Below are positions 40,023 through 53,191 of a stretch of DNA of 64,000 bases, in pieces. Location: contig NC_092370.1 in NCBI RefSeq assembly GCF_030028105.1, positions 175,842,647-175,906,646 on the forward strand, written 5' to 3'. The first letter of the stretch is position 1. Every line of letters begins with the position of its first letter. This DNA comes from Mobula birostris. Lineage: Eukaryota. A program made the translations under genes and the position numbers. The notes under the pieces are model-generated. The model ran no database searches. It worked only from the letters and a program-made list of their open reading frames with translations, and was not told where the DNA came from.

Positions 40023-41299
40023 ACAGAACAAGTAGGATGGATATGTGGATTTTGTGGGGTGCAGTGTTCAGTTGCCTTTCTGACTTGTGAACTGTTTGGG
40101 TTACAATTAATCCATAAGAATGGAACCTTGCCTTTCACCAGAATGCTTTTACTCCAAAATGAAACAAACAAAGCTGGAAAAAACAAAGCTGGTTATTCAC
40201 CACAAAAAATGTATTTTTTTAAAGAATATTTTTAAAAAATAGAGTTGCATCAGGACATGCCGATACAAATTAGTTACTTTCTAGCCACCAACAGAACAAT
40301 TTTTGACACAGGAAAAGCAATAATGGAGTCTAACAGAAATAGCCCAGTGCTCTCTGCAGTAAACTGAAAGTTTTTCTTCTGTGGAGGTGTAAGGACATTC
40401 TTACAATCTGATTAATTTATGGCAAAGTGGCATAGGTGAGAATCTATTTTCTCAGTAGAAGGTGGAAGTGAAAAGGAACAAAGAAAATAGAAAATCAATT
40501 GCTTCCTAAGCTCTCCAAGCTATTTTCATGGGCATTGAGTCAAATGCTGATGTGAATATAATATTGTGAGCCACAGTTATATATTCTCAGTAAAAGCACA
40601 AATAACAAAAAAATGTTGTGCTTAAGTTTCTCACGCTGTGTTGCATGAAGAAGTACTTCTGGTCTAAAATGCCGCTTTTTAAAAAAAATCACTTCCAATT
40701 ATAGTAATGCTAAATGCTACTGCTCTTTTTGGCAGGGTATCAAGTGCACTTGGCCAAAAAGAAATTTCATAACTAAAAGTAGTTTCTAATTGCTACTATT
40801 ACCATCTTTCCCAAAGGACAAGGCATGACTGGCATGATGTTGAGTCTCAACACTATTTTCATCTTATGTAGGAAGCCCTTCATCTTATCCCTTTCACAGG
40901 CATCCGTGTTAACAGGTAAAGTAAACGAACAGTTTACAGACAATATTTACCAATCATGACTGAAGAAAAGATCATTGCTTGAAGTTTAGTTTTCCAATAT
41001 ATGGTTAACTTTGCTTCATGGTGGCAGAATTCCATTAGCAGAAGGAAGCCACGACATCTCCTTTAAAAAGATTTTGACTCATGGGCTAAGACCAAGATTG
41101 TTGTCATGCTATTTGACTTTTGGAGGACATAGTAGGGACATATAATCCCATGTTCATCCAATGTCCATAAAAATACATGTTAATTGTTTGATTTTGCATC
41201 TCATTCTGCTTAGTCGAGCTATATTGTACGCATCAGAAATGATGGGCTCAAGAACACAGGAACTACCTAGTCCGGCAACATTGTAGGATCATTTCGGTG

Positions 41300-41520
41300 G
41301 GTATCGTTACCCGTGACCCCAATTTTCTTCCATATCTCAATGACATGCTGGTGGTAGGTTAATTGGGTGCTGTAAGTTTTCCCTGGTGTGTAGGTGAGTG
41401 GTAGAATCTGAAGGGAGTTGACAAGAACGTGGGGAGAATTCTTTTTTAAAAAATGGGGCCATGTAGAATAGTATAACATGACCAAGGGGCTTGTTTTCTT
41501 ATTGCATCCTCGTATAACTA
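41300..41520 (+). mobile_element. V-SINE remnant
   Basis: gtaggttaattgg..ctgtaagtttccctggtgtgtaggtgagtgg is the 3' part of the HE1-like SINE. Confidence 0.5.
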
Positions 41521-41759
41521 TATTAGTGTGCAGGGTCCAGGATAGATCCTCCAGTTATTGTTTCATTGTGTATGGTGTGCTGTGTTGGGTGTGGTGATTG
41601 CTTTCATGTCTTCATCCTTCCACTAGGACTACGGACATAAAGATGATGCTATCAGTGGTACTTCAGAAGGAGGGCAGCTGAGTCTTATCTCAACAAGAAT
41701 TCCAGCTATTTGGGTGGATGGAATCTGCCCTGAGAAGAACGAGTGCAAGCAGCAGTTTC

Positions 41760-42130
41760 CAATCAGTGGATGTGAACTTTCCTCTGTTCAGGACATTTAC
41801 AGCAGCAGATGCATAAAAAGGGCCCAGAGGATCATCAGGGACTCCAACCACCCCAACCACAAACTGTTTCAGCTGCTACTGTCTAGCAAGCGGTACCGCA
41901 GCATTAAGGCAAGGACCAATAGGCTCTGGGACAGCTTCTGTCACCAGGCCATCAGATTTATCAATACACATTGATCTGATTGCATATCTGACTGTACATA
42001 CAAAACAATTATGTATACAATTTTAGCGTTTGGGCAATATCCTCCCACATTTCCCCTTTTTATTGTGACGGAGTTTCAACATAAAGATTTTTACTCCCTT
42101 GGATGTAAGAAATAAAATAAATACAAATAC
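41760..42130 (+). mobile_element. Rex1/Babar 3' fragment
   Basis: QDIYSSRCIKRAQRIIRD..HPNHKLFQLL.S.KRYRSIK, with an A-rich tail. Confidence 0.85.
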
Positions 42131-42509
42131 AATTTTTCCTGTAACAATGCTGCTCTTTAATAACCTGTGAAAATTTGAGATAGCCTCTTTATCACTGAGC
42201 CTAAATGGTGGCGGTGGGAAGCGAGGGATGTGGAATGGTGTATTGGGTGACGGAAGTGGTGGGAATCCAGCAACTGATACTTTAGTTTGTGATACCGACT
42301 CCCCATGGAGAAAGCAGTAGTATATATAGTATGTGAATTATTGAAAAGCAAATGGCTTTTCTTAGAAAATTGTACCTTAGATTCTACAGATAATGGGTTC
42401 CAGTGACGTCATTGTCCAGAATGGCAGCTTAAATCAATAGCTCCTCTGGAAAAACGCATATATTTCCCCGTTAATCGATCAAGTATAAGATTTTTTTCTA
42501 AAATATCTG

Positions 42510-43483
42510 AATTGATAAGGGGGGCAAGAAAGGAGAAAAATAATGGAGATAAAAAGAGCAACATTGCGGAGCCTATGGACAAGGGAGGTGCAACGCGTGG
42601 CTCTCCTACCTGAACGCATGCTCGCGAGGCTGATGATGGGCCTCGTTCAGGCGAAGCGGCAAATATGATAAAAGCTCTGGAAGAGATACAGGGATTCCAA
42701 AAAGATATAAAACAGCAACTCAATGATATCAAGTCAGAGCTTGCCAACGTCAATCAAAAAAATAGCGGTAGCAGAGACTCGAATTGAGAAGGTGGAAGAT
42801 CACGTGCAAAATGTGGAACGGATACTAAGTAATACAATAAAAATAGTAAATCAACAAGAAAGTAAACTGATCGACCAGGAGGGAAGATCATGACGGAAAA
42901 ATATCAGGATATACAATGTTCCCGAAGGAGCGGAGGGTTTGTCTATGATGGAGTTTGTAGGAAAGTTGCTGCGGGATGCGCTAGAGATTCCCTCCACTAT
43001 GGAGCTTGAAATTGAGAGGGTGCATTGTGTGCTCATCCTGAGGCCTACTGGAGACAGAGAAGATAAGTCACGCATAAGAAGGGGGTGTTTTTGGATGGGA
43101 AATTAATATATTTCGATCAAGATTACCCCCTGGCGGTCCTGCAGAAACATAAGGAATACTCTGCAGTATAGTGAATATTAAAGCAAGGAAAGATTAGATT
43201 CCAAACTCCGTTCCCTGCTAAACTGTGGGTGTTTTATGAAGATGGTACGCAACTGAATCAGACAGTGGAAGAGGCAACCAAAGACATGAGGAACAGAGGG
43301 CTGCCCGTCAGTGTGATCAAACCAAGGGAAAGCCTGGCTGAGCAGTTATCCCAATCTGCTTGGGAAATAGTAAGAGAACCGAGAAAGCAGGGGATGGGAG
43401 GAGGGCGAGAGAATATCAGGAAGCGACTGTGTTTTCCGAAGACAGCCCTCACCCCCTCCAGAAGAGCCAAAAGGTTTGGCTAA
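42510..43483 (+). pseudogene. L1 ORF1 (coiled coil + RRM), disrupted
   Basis: RKNIRIYNVPEGAEG..LEIERVH and FDQDY..RFQTPFPAKL motifs, with stops and frameshifts. Confidence 0.85.
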
Positions 43484-43601
43484 CTTTAAAAGTGTTGATA
43501 TGATAAACAGAAGCAAAAATAGACGGTGCTATACCTATTTCAAGAAATACTTATTATAATGTGGATTTTATATTACTCAATTTTGTTTTATTCATTCATT
43601 C

Positions 43602-43644
43602 ACTCCTTTTCCCCCACCTAAATGAGTGTGTGTGTGTATGTGTG

Positions 43645-43676
<32 letters not shown>

Positions 43677-43765
43677 CACTCATTTAGGTGGGGGAAAAGG
43701 AGTTCCATTACTTAGAAAAGATTTCCCTGTGTATTCCTCCTATATATATATATATATATATATAT
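43602..43765. repeat. Perfect 27-bp inverted repeat around a (TG)/(TA)/(CA) microsatellite, plus a second (TA)n
   Basis: 43602-43628 is the exact reverse complement of 43677-43703. Confidence 0.9.
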
Positions 43766-44025
43766 AGGCCCCAACTCACAGGGAGGAGGGGCTATCCCCC
43801 ACGGCTAGACGTTTCCTCTAGCTCAACCCAGGGTCATCTACTAGAGACCTCAGCCTTGGAATCACACCTTTATTGCCTTTTTTTTATTATTCGCATTTAT
43901 TGGTTCTTATTTGTTCAGGGAGTAGATCAATTAAGTTTTATTCTGCTAATTTCAATGATATATTGACAGATAAATACGCATGGTTAAGGACAAAGTAAAA
44001 TTCATTTCTTTTAATGTCAATGGGC

Positions 44026-44650
44026 AGAAGGAGAGAAAGCAGCGCGCCGCGCGTGCACAGCCCTCCGGTGAAAAATGATATCGTATCTGTTAAATAGGGC
44101 CCGTGGGCGATTCTGATTTGATGGAGAGGGACGTGAAAGCATAGAGGAACGTCTGGAAAGATTACTGAAACGCTCGTTTGCTGCTGTCGTTACTGCACGG
44201 TCGGGAATCTTTCAGAGGGAAGGCCTCAAAATCCCCGGCTTTGCCTGCTGTTGGCAACTGAGAAGGAGGTCCAATCATTCGGATAGAGATGGCGCTCAGT
44301 ACTCAGTGTCAGAGAGCTGATCAGAGCTCGAAGTTTTCGGATGACTCAGAGTCGGACCGTGGTCAGGTATGGCAGGGAGAGTTTTTCTTCCTTCTCCCGT
44401 CTGCGTGAGATGTGGGACATTTGAGAGACTTTGAACTTTTTACTGTGCTCATGGACTTCTTCATCAAGTTATGGTATTGTTGCACTGTTGTAACTGTATG
44501 TTATAATTATGTGGTTTTGTTAGTTTTTTTCAGTCTTGGTCTGTCCTGTATTTTGTGATATCACACCGGAGGAAATATTGTATCATTTCTTAATGCATGC
44601 ATACTAAATGACAATAAAAGAGGACTGCGTGTCTTCATAATCTAAAAAAA
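44026..44650 (+). mobile_element. Non-coding retroposon inserted in the L1 ORF2 endonuclease
   Basis: Interrupts NVNG|NPIKRSKI and ends gacAATAAAagaggactgcgtgtcttcataatct(A)n. Confidence 0.75.
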
Positions 44651-45557
44651 AATCCAATCAAACGCAGTAAAATTCTATCCAAAATGAAAAAAGAACAAGC
44701 CCATGTAGTATATTTACAAGAAGCTCACAAGTGATAATGAGCATGGAAAACTAAGAGATTGGGCGTCAATAATTTGTTTTTCTCCTCATATAAATCAGGA
44801 CATAGGAGAGGAGTTGCTATTCTTATCTCAAGCACGCTAAATTTTGAAAAAGTATTTGAAATGGGACATGATGGGGGCAGATATATTCTGGTAAGGGGAA
44901 ATATATATGTTTGTAGATGGAAATTCAGTTACTCTATTGAATATATACGCATCCCCTGGAAGTGATATTAGTTTCTTTCAGAAAATTACTAATACTGTAT
45001 TATGCTAACGGAAACAGAAGGTCTCTTGATATGTGGGGGAGACTTAAATTTACAATTACAATCAAAGTTAGACTCTTCCAACAGAAAAACCTATGAAAAA
45101 AAATCCTTACATAAGAAAATTAATACACTTTTTGAGGATGTTGGTTTAATTGATATATGGCGGGACCTTTTCCCTGACAGAAGGGATTACACTCATTATT
45201 CTGCCCCCCATTCTGTATATAGAAGAATAGACTATTTCATAACATTTGGAAAAGACAAAGGCAAAATAAACACCTGTGGAATTGGGATAATAGGTGTAAG
45301 TAACCATGCACCTTTATATCTATCTGTTGATTTTGACCTACAACCAAAGAATACTATTTGGAAACTAAATTCAAGTCTACTCAATGACCCCTACTTTAAG
45401 GAACAAATTAAAAAAGAAATTGGTCTTTACTTAGAATTCAATGATAATGGAGAGGTTTCACCTCCCATTCTATGGGATATCTGAAGGCTGTCTTAAGAGG
45501 GAAAATTATAGTGATATCTTATATAAGAAAAAAATAAGGAATAAAACATTAGAGGTA

Positions 45558-47137
45558 CAGGCTTCCCCCGCCATCCGAAGGTAGAGCGTTCCTCTGAAAG
45601 GGTTCATAAGCCGGAATGTCGTAAAGCAAAGAAGCAATTACCATTTATTTATATGGGAAAATATTGTGAGCGGTCGCAGACCCAAAAATAACCTACCAAA
45701 TCATGCCAAATAACAAATAAAACTAAAAATAACAGTAACATATAGTAAAAGCAGGAATGATATGATAAATACACAGCTTATATAAAGTAGAACTACTTTT
45801 CCACAATCATTGCCTGAACTGTTCTCCGTAGCGAAAATCTCACGCAAGCGCCGTCGGCAAAAACACGGTGCAAGCGCTCTCCAGTAACCTTTAAGCTATG
45901 AAGCTGCCAAATCATACCAAATAACACGTAAAATTACACAGCCGATATAAAGTAGAAATAATGTATGTACAGTGTAGTATCACTTACCGGAATTGGGAAA
46001 GCGCGGATCACACTGATGATGGTGTGTTAGACTGAGTCATCGCAGGCTGGGGTGGTGCAGTGGCCCCCACCCTTCGGGCAGCGAACCGATACCGATCCGT
46101 GAAGCATGCAGCAGTAGCCGGGAGGCACACAGCACATCTTTAAGAAAAAAGCCGAAATAAACATGCTGATTAATTAGGTGCATCCCGGCACGTAATTGTT
46201 GGCCCAGATCAGTGCCGATTGCTGATTGCATCACCTCTGATCTGGGCTGACAATTATGTGTCGGGCGGCACCTAATTAATTGGCATGTTTATTTTGGCTT
46301 TTTTCTTAAAGATGTGCTGTGTGCCTCCTGGCTACCGTTGCATTCTCTGCAAATCGGAATCTGTCCGCGGCCTGGGGGTTGGGGTGGTGGGACACTGGGG
46401 TGTCATCTCATCATCGTCTGTTTCCATTAGAGCAGGCAGCTCATCTTCTCCTATGACTGCCCACATCGATGTTGAAGGTCGAGGTTCGTCGTCTGCTGTG
46501 GCTGATGTGGAAGGCTTGAAAAACGACAGTACGCTTGACTGCTGAGCCTTGCGTATTTTTCTATCATACAGTTCCTTGTAAGGACTCAAACCATCTTGCA
46601 AATATGCCCTAAACCAACGTACCCTTTCAAAATTAAAGTTGTAATTTGTCATTACTCATTCGGTTTCGATTGTTATCCTTTCCTCTTCCAATTGCATCAG
46701 CTCTTCATCTATCAGTTCTTGGTCATGGGATGCCAAAACCTCTTCAACATCAACTTCGTCAACTTCCACAAGCCAAAGTCACTTTGTCCTTACTTTGTTC
46801 ACCAGGATCAAAACGCTTAATTATGTCTAGTTTTACGCTAAGTGTAACACCCTTACGAGCTCTTTTAGGCTTTTCCGATACCTTAGAACTCATCTTGCTT
46901 ACAGATACTCACAGGCACGTGTTTAAGCAATGCCAGCGAGAATGCCGTTCCGAATCCGGGGGAGGAGCGGCTGCTCGGGGCGCGCGCTACTTTTTCTGTG
47001 CACTGCTTTTCTCACGTGCTGTCTTTTTTTTCGTAACAGTGAAAACACCTTCTGTTAACGAAAACAGGTAACTAATGTAGGTCTTTCGTAACAGTGAGAT
47101 TTCGTAAATCGCATGTTCGAAAAGCGGGGGACACCTG
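45558..47137 (-). mobile_element. Tigger-like non-autonomous DNA transposon nested in L1 ORF2
   Basis: TIRs CAGGCTTCCCCCGCCATCCGAA / TTCGAAAAGCGGGGGACACCTG with a TA TSD. Retains only the transposase N- and C-terminal coding remnants (ORF 46332..46652). Confidence 0.9.
46058..46396. mobile_element. Palindromic hAT-type MITE nested within the Tigger element
   Basis: CAGTGG...CACTG ends and a long internal inverted repeat (~46110-46212 vs ~46235-46338). Related to 54902-55129. Confidence 0.75.
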
Positions 47138-50100
47138 TATTACAAAATAGGCTGAAGTAACTAGAAAAAAAACAGAAGATGAATTTTGCACAGGATACAT
47201 TAGAGGAAATTAAAAAAAATTAGGAATGAAATGAATTGTTTGGCTACGCAAGAAATCAGGAAAAATTTTATGTTTCTGAAACAGAGACATTATGAAAGTG
47301 GATCTAAGTCTATGAAACTACTGGCGTAGAAACTGGAGAAAAAGATAGCAAAAAATACAATTCATAGAAGTAGGGATCCAAAAACAAAAATGATAAAAAA
47401 AATAAGCTAAGAGAAATTCAAGAAGCTTTCGAAGTGTTTTACAAAACTCTATATTCCAAAGTTCCAGGGGGAAGAATAACCCAAATTGACACTTTCCTGT
47501 ATTCTCTAGAGTTACCCACTTTAAGCAAAGAACAAAATAGAACGATGACTGCTGACATAACTGAAGTAGAACTAAAAGTTGCAATTAGTAGGCTTAAATT
47601 AAGCAAGTCACCAGGTTCAGATGGGTATACGGCAGAGTGGAACAAAGAATTTAAAAATGAGTTGATTCCTGTCTTACTCCCCACACTGAACTGGGCTCTA
47701 AAAAAGGCACAAATGCCACCCAGCTGGAAGGAAGTGATAATCTCAGCTATACTAAAAGAAGGCAAGGATAAAATGGAATGTGGGTCATTTAGACCAATAT
47801 CCATTCTTAATATAGATTAGAGATTATTTACCTCCATTATGGCCAAACGATTAGAAGAGTTTCTACCCATACTGATACATAAGGATCAGACAGGTTTTAT
47901 ACAACAATGCCAAACACAAGACAATATACGAAGGACACTTCACATTATGGATCATATACAAAAAAATAAAATCGAAGCAATAGTGATAAGCATGGACGCT
48001 GAAAAGGCATTTGATTCGGTTAATTGGAATTTTCTTTACAGAGTTTTACATAGATTTGGTTTCCATGACACAATTATTAAAACTATACAGGCACTATAAC
48101 AACTCTACTGCTAGGATTAAAATCAATGGATATTTATCAAATAGTGTTACCCTAGAAAGGGGCACAAGATAGGGTTGTGCATGGTCACCACTACTCTTCA
48201 CATTATATCTGGAACCATTAGCTCAATACATCAGACAAAATGAAGATATCAGGGGAATTACTATCAAAGGGACAGAACATAAATTGGCCTGTTACGCGGA
48301 TGACATTTTGATTGATCTAGGGCAACCAACATACTCTTTACCTAAATTGATGCAATCCTTTGAACAGTATGGTCAATTATCAGGATTCAAGGTCGACATA
48401 GATAAAACCCAATTACTATATATAACTATAGCCCACCAAGAGAAATTGAAAGTAGATATCCCTGGGCGTGGCAAATATTTCAAATATTTGGGCATCATTA
48501 TGCCAAGAGATTTGCCAAAATTATCAGAATGCAATTATCAGCCTATATATAAAAAAATAAGGAAGATATAACAAGTTGGAGCCTAATTCCTTTTTTTAGT
48601 CTCAGTTCAAGGATTGAATCTATTAAAATGAATATATTGCCCAGACTATTACATCTCTTTCAGACCCTACCAACAGAGGTTAATCAGAATCAATTCAATG
48701 AATGGAACAAAATGTTATCAAGATATATATGGCAAGGTAAAAGGCCTAGAGTTCGTTTCAAAACTTTGCAATTAGCCAAGGAAAAGGGGGGATGGGGCCT
48801 ACCTTCTCTTAGAGATTATTATTTTGCAGCACAGTTGAGAGCTGTGATATGTTGGTGCAACCCATCATATGACGCTCAATGGAAAAACATTGAGGAGGGG
48901 ATACTTCCCATCCCCATACAGGCAATTTTGGCTGATAACAACCTACAAAGGTACATGAATACTATTGATAATCCATGGGTGAAATGGATTCTTAAAATAT
49001 GGAAAACTATTGTAAAGGAATATAAATTAGAGGGAGATATTGCAATTCTTAAATGGTGTGCATATGACTTGGATTTTACGCCGAATAAACTAGATGCAAG
49101 ATTTAAGGACTGGACAGCGAAAGGAATAACAGTTCTTTGCAATATAATGAAAGAAGGAACACTGTTCAGTTTTGAAATGCTGAAGGAGGAACACTTATTA
49201 GAAAAACAAGACTTTTATTGGTATTTACAGATGCGACAGTATGTTAATAGGAAGGTTAAAAATGTAACCAAGGCAAGTACATGTTTGATAGAGCTATTTA
49301 GAAAGGCATATAATTCAGATAACGGTAGTAGAATCATTTCAAGCATGTATAAGGGTTTGTCAAATCTTAAAACACATTCAACTTCATACATTAAAACAAA
49401 ACGGGAGAAGGAAGGAGGGATAATTATATCTGAGGAAGAATGGACAATAATATGGAGGTATCAATGGAAGTGTACCAGTTCACAGAAATGGAGGGAATTT
49501 GGATGGAAAAACTTGCTAAGATATTTTATTACACCCTCTCAGAAATCCCATTATGATAGTAATCTCCCTGTTCACTGGAGAAATTGTGGAAAGCAAAATG
49601 CAAACCATTATCATATTTTCTGGGATTGTCCCGTTATCAAAGACTATTACACAATGCCCTACAAGACATTTTTAAATGTGAAATACCCTTAGAAAGTAAG
49701 ACCATATATTTTGGGTATGTACCTCAAGAATGGTTGAAAAGAGATAAATATTTAATGAATATACTGCTGGTGGCTGGTAAAAAGACCCTTACCAGGAAAT
49801 GGTTATCACAGGAGAGCCCAACTTTAAATGTAGGGATGGAAATTACAATGGATGTTTACAAAATAGAGAAGATAACAGCATCTGTTAATCATGAATTGGA
49901 ACAATTTAATTCATACTGGGAAAAATGGTTTAAAAACATAATACCTCATCGGCCTGATTTTATTCTCACAAGTCAATGAATATGTTGTAAAAAAAAGATC
50001 ACTCCCTACTTCGTACATAGTTTTCTTCTTTTGATTGTTCTTTCTTTCCTCTCCTTTTTATAAGTGTATACCTCAGATAAATATTATGTGGAGATTTGTG

Positions 50101-50552
50101 ACAAATATGACTATATGATATATATGTACAGTATCTGAAATACATCTTATGGAAATGTTTGTTCGATGATGAACTTCAATAAAAAATAAATTACAAAAAA
50201 AAAGATTCTACAGATAATGACATTAGATCACTAGCTCTAGGATTCCTTGATGTAAAGAACTCCTGAAGATGGTGTCAAGGATTTTCCACTGGCAGCAGGC
50301 TGTTCACTGTTGGACTCAGTGTGAGGAAGGGAATTTGAATTAAATGCCCAATCATGATCTCAAACTCGACATACGCCAGGCGTAAGAAACGGCAATTCTT
50401 ATTCTCTCCTTGATGAGAAAAAAAAACAGCTATAATAGCCTTGGGTAAGGGTTTGGCAATTTCCAAAGATTTTCAGCTAACAAGATGATTTTATAATTAG
50501 GAAACTGTTTTACTAGGACTGACAAGAATAACCTGATGTAATTCTGATTTAT

Positions 50553-52531
50553 CAGAATCAGGATCAGGTTTATTATCACTGGATTGTGAGGTGAAATTTG
50601 TTAACTTAGCAGCAGCAGTTGAATGCAATACATAATCTAGCCGAGAGAAAATAATAATAATAATAAACAAAATAAAACATAATAATAATAAATAAATAAA
50701 TCAATTATGTATATTGAATAGATTTTAAAAAGTGCAAAAAACTGAAACACTGTATATTAAAAAAGTGAGGTGGTGTCCAAAGCTTCAATGTCCATTCAGG
50801 AATTGGATGGCAGAGGGGAAGAAGCTGTTCCTGAATTGCTGAGTGTGTGTCTTCAGGCTTCTGTACCTCCTACCTGATGGTAACAGTGAGAAAAGGACAT
50901 GCCCGGGGTGCTGGAGGTCCTTAATAATGGATGCTGCCTTTCTGAGACACTGCTCCCTAAAGACGTCCTGGGTACTTTGTAAGGTAGTGTCCAAGATGGA
51001 GCCGACTAGATTTACAACCTTCTGCAGGTTCTTTCAGTCCTGTGCACTAGCTCCTCCATACCAGACAGTGATGCAGCCTGTCAGAATGCTCTCCACGGTA
51101 CAACTATAGAAGTTTTTGAGTGTATTTGTTGACATGACAAATCTCTTCCTAATGAAGTATAGTCACCCTCTTGCCTTCTTTACAACTGTATTGATATGTT
51201 GGTACCAGGTTAGGTCCTCAGAGACACCCAGGAACTTGAAGCTGCTCACTCTCTCCACTTCTGATCCCTCTATTACAATTGGTATGTGTTCCTTCACCTT
51301 GCCTTTCTGGAAGTCTACAATTAGCTCTTTTGTCGTACTGACATTGTGCCAGGTTGTTGCAGCAGCACCACTCTACTAGTTGGCATATCTCACTCCTGTA
51401 TGCCCTCTCATCACCATCTGAGATTCTACCAACAATGGTTGTATCGTCAGCAAATTTATAGATGGTATTTGAGCTATGCCTAGCCATACAGTCATGTGTA
51501 TATAGAGAGTAGAGCAGTGGGCTAAGCACACACCCCTGAGGTGTGCCAGTGTTGATTGTCAGTGAGGAGGATATGTTATCACCAATCTGCACAGATTGTG
51601 GTCTTCCAGTTAGGAATTTGAAGATCCAATTGCAGCGGGAGGTACAGAGGCCCAGGTTCTGCAACTTCTCAATCATAGTTCCAATCTGGAAATTTTCTTT
51701 GGACTTGTGGGACTTGATTATCCTCATCAGTGGTGGTGCTGCCAATTCCCTCTTGAAGATGGATTTGAAGTCCCTGAGGTATTAGTCTATTTCCATCTTA
51801 CTAGTCGTGTTGCCTACAAAAGTGTTCAGAATAAGAACCCAAGTAAGTGGGTGAGCCTAGAGTCAGAGTTGAGGCCTACCCCTCCCTCTGTATACCACAG
51901 TACCAGTTGCTTATGTGGGCTTGCCCTGCTCAGGGAAAGAGCATACCCAGTGTTTGTGATGGAGGTACCTGACATGCCATCTGGAAGGTATTGCTTTTGT
52001 GTTGACTCAGGCTGTTGCTTGCTTTGTCTGTAAGACAGCTCTGCTAATTTAGACAGCACTACCTGTTTTATGAGGAGGACTTTGCAAGATTGTTTTGCTG
52101 AGAAATTACTAATTTCTCCGATCTGTGTCTAGGTTAATGCTGTTTTGTCTGGTTTTAAACTTTTCTGGTGTTCTGGTACAACTGAGAAACTTGACCATAT
52201 TGCTATAGATCTGATTTGGGATGTTGGAAATGATGACAGGTTTATGCGTGCATAGTCTCTCTTGTGGGCTAGCTCACCTCCTGTTTAAGTTACTAACCGA
52301 AGGCAGGCATGGATACAAGATGGTCATTTCAAAACAAGTGCATTGCAGAAGATGTTGAATCTAGTGTTTCCCATCCTGGAGGGCTGTGGAGGCTTCTCAA
52401 TCAGGATTGTGGGAATGATGGTATTAAATGCTGAGTTGTAGTCGATGAACAGCATCCTAACGTAGGTGTTTGTGTTGCTTAGGTGGTCTAAAGCCGTGTG
52501 GAGAGCCATTGAGATTCCATCTTCCGTTGAC
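50553..52531 (-). mobile_element. Rex1/Babar LINE RT fragment split by a ~720-bp insert
   Basis: [14 protein letters not shown] and KFADDTT (51218..51745); [22 protein letters not shown] (52324..52509). cttctcaatca is duplicated at the split. Confidence 0.88.
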
Positions 52532-53153
52532 CTATGGAAGGAAATCTGTAGAGTAGATTTGGAGAAACTGTTACACAGCTGTTAGAAACTTCTTGACCTG
52601 ATAAGTATTTTCTGTTTTTATTGGAGACGGTGTTGCCACAGAGAGATTAATAACTGAGCACCATAAGTAAAACGTTTCTACTAATAAATCCAGCTGGGAA
52701 TTCAGAATGAATTTCTTTACCCAGTAAGTGCTGAGAATGCAGAAAGCGCTACAACAAACAGATGAGATAAACAGCAAAGATGTGCTCAAGCAGATGCTGG
52801 ATAAATACAGAGGGATGGGGGGAGGTAATGTAGAGTATATCACCCCTGAAATGAACCAGCTGGACTGAAACATCTGTGTCAATTCTGCATATTAGAGTTA
52901 TACAGAGATTCCGCTCAGAAATAGAACCTATGCCTCATTCAGTCTGCATTAATTATCAACCACCTTTTATACTAACCCATTTTTTATCCTCCCCACATTA
53001 TCAATTTTACATTTTTGTAAAGTTCTCTCTGTGTAGTGGTGTGAACATGCTTTTGCATTAAACACAAAATAATTTGCAGATGCTGGGGTCAAAGCAACAC
53101 TCACAACGTGCTGGAGGAACTCAGTAGGTCGGGCAGCATCCGTGGAAAAAGAT

Positions 53154-53191
53154 CGGTCGACGTTTTGGGCCGGAACCCTTCGTCAGGACTG
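53154..53191 (-). ncRNA. Minimal hammerhead ribozyme motif with a GAAA->AAAA core mutation
   Basis: Minus strand cagtc-CTGACGA-aGGG ttccgg CCC-AAAAC-GTC-gac. Confidence 0.6.

Larger units (their letters stand above)
43980..49979 (+). pseudogene. L1 ORF2 (APE endonuclease, RT, C-terminal cysteine motif), disrupted
   Basis: FISFNVNG, YLQE, GGDLN, RIDYF, KSPGSDG, FRPISILN, DAEKAFDSV, YADD and HIFWDC motifs, with stops and two insertions. Confidence 0.93.
42396..50202 (+). mobile_element. Full-length L1-clade LINE (defective) with nested insertions
   Basis: 17-bp TSD agattctacagataatg (42379-42395 and 50203-50219), AATAAA plus a poly(A) tail, and ORF1 and ORF2 remnants. Confidence 0.95.

Noticed and set aside
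41627-41765. Possible plus-strand exon (pyrimidine tract + TAG, reading DYGHKDDAISGTSEGG..)
   Set aside because: No recognisable protein similarity, no partner exons, and it runs into a Rex1 fragment.
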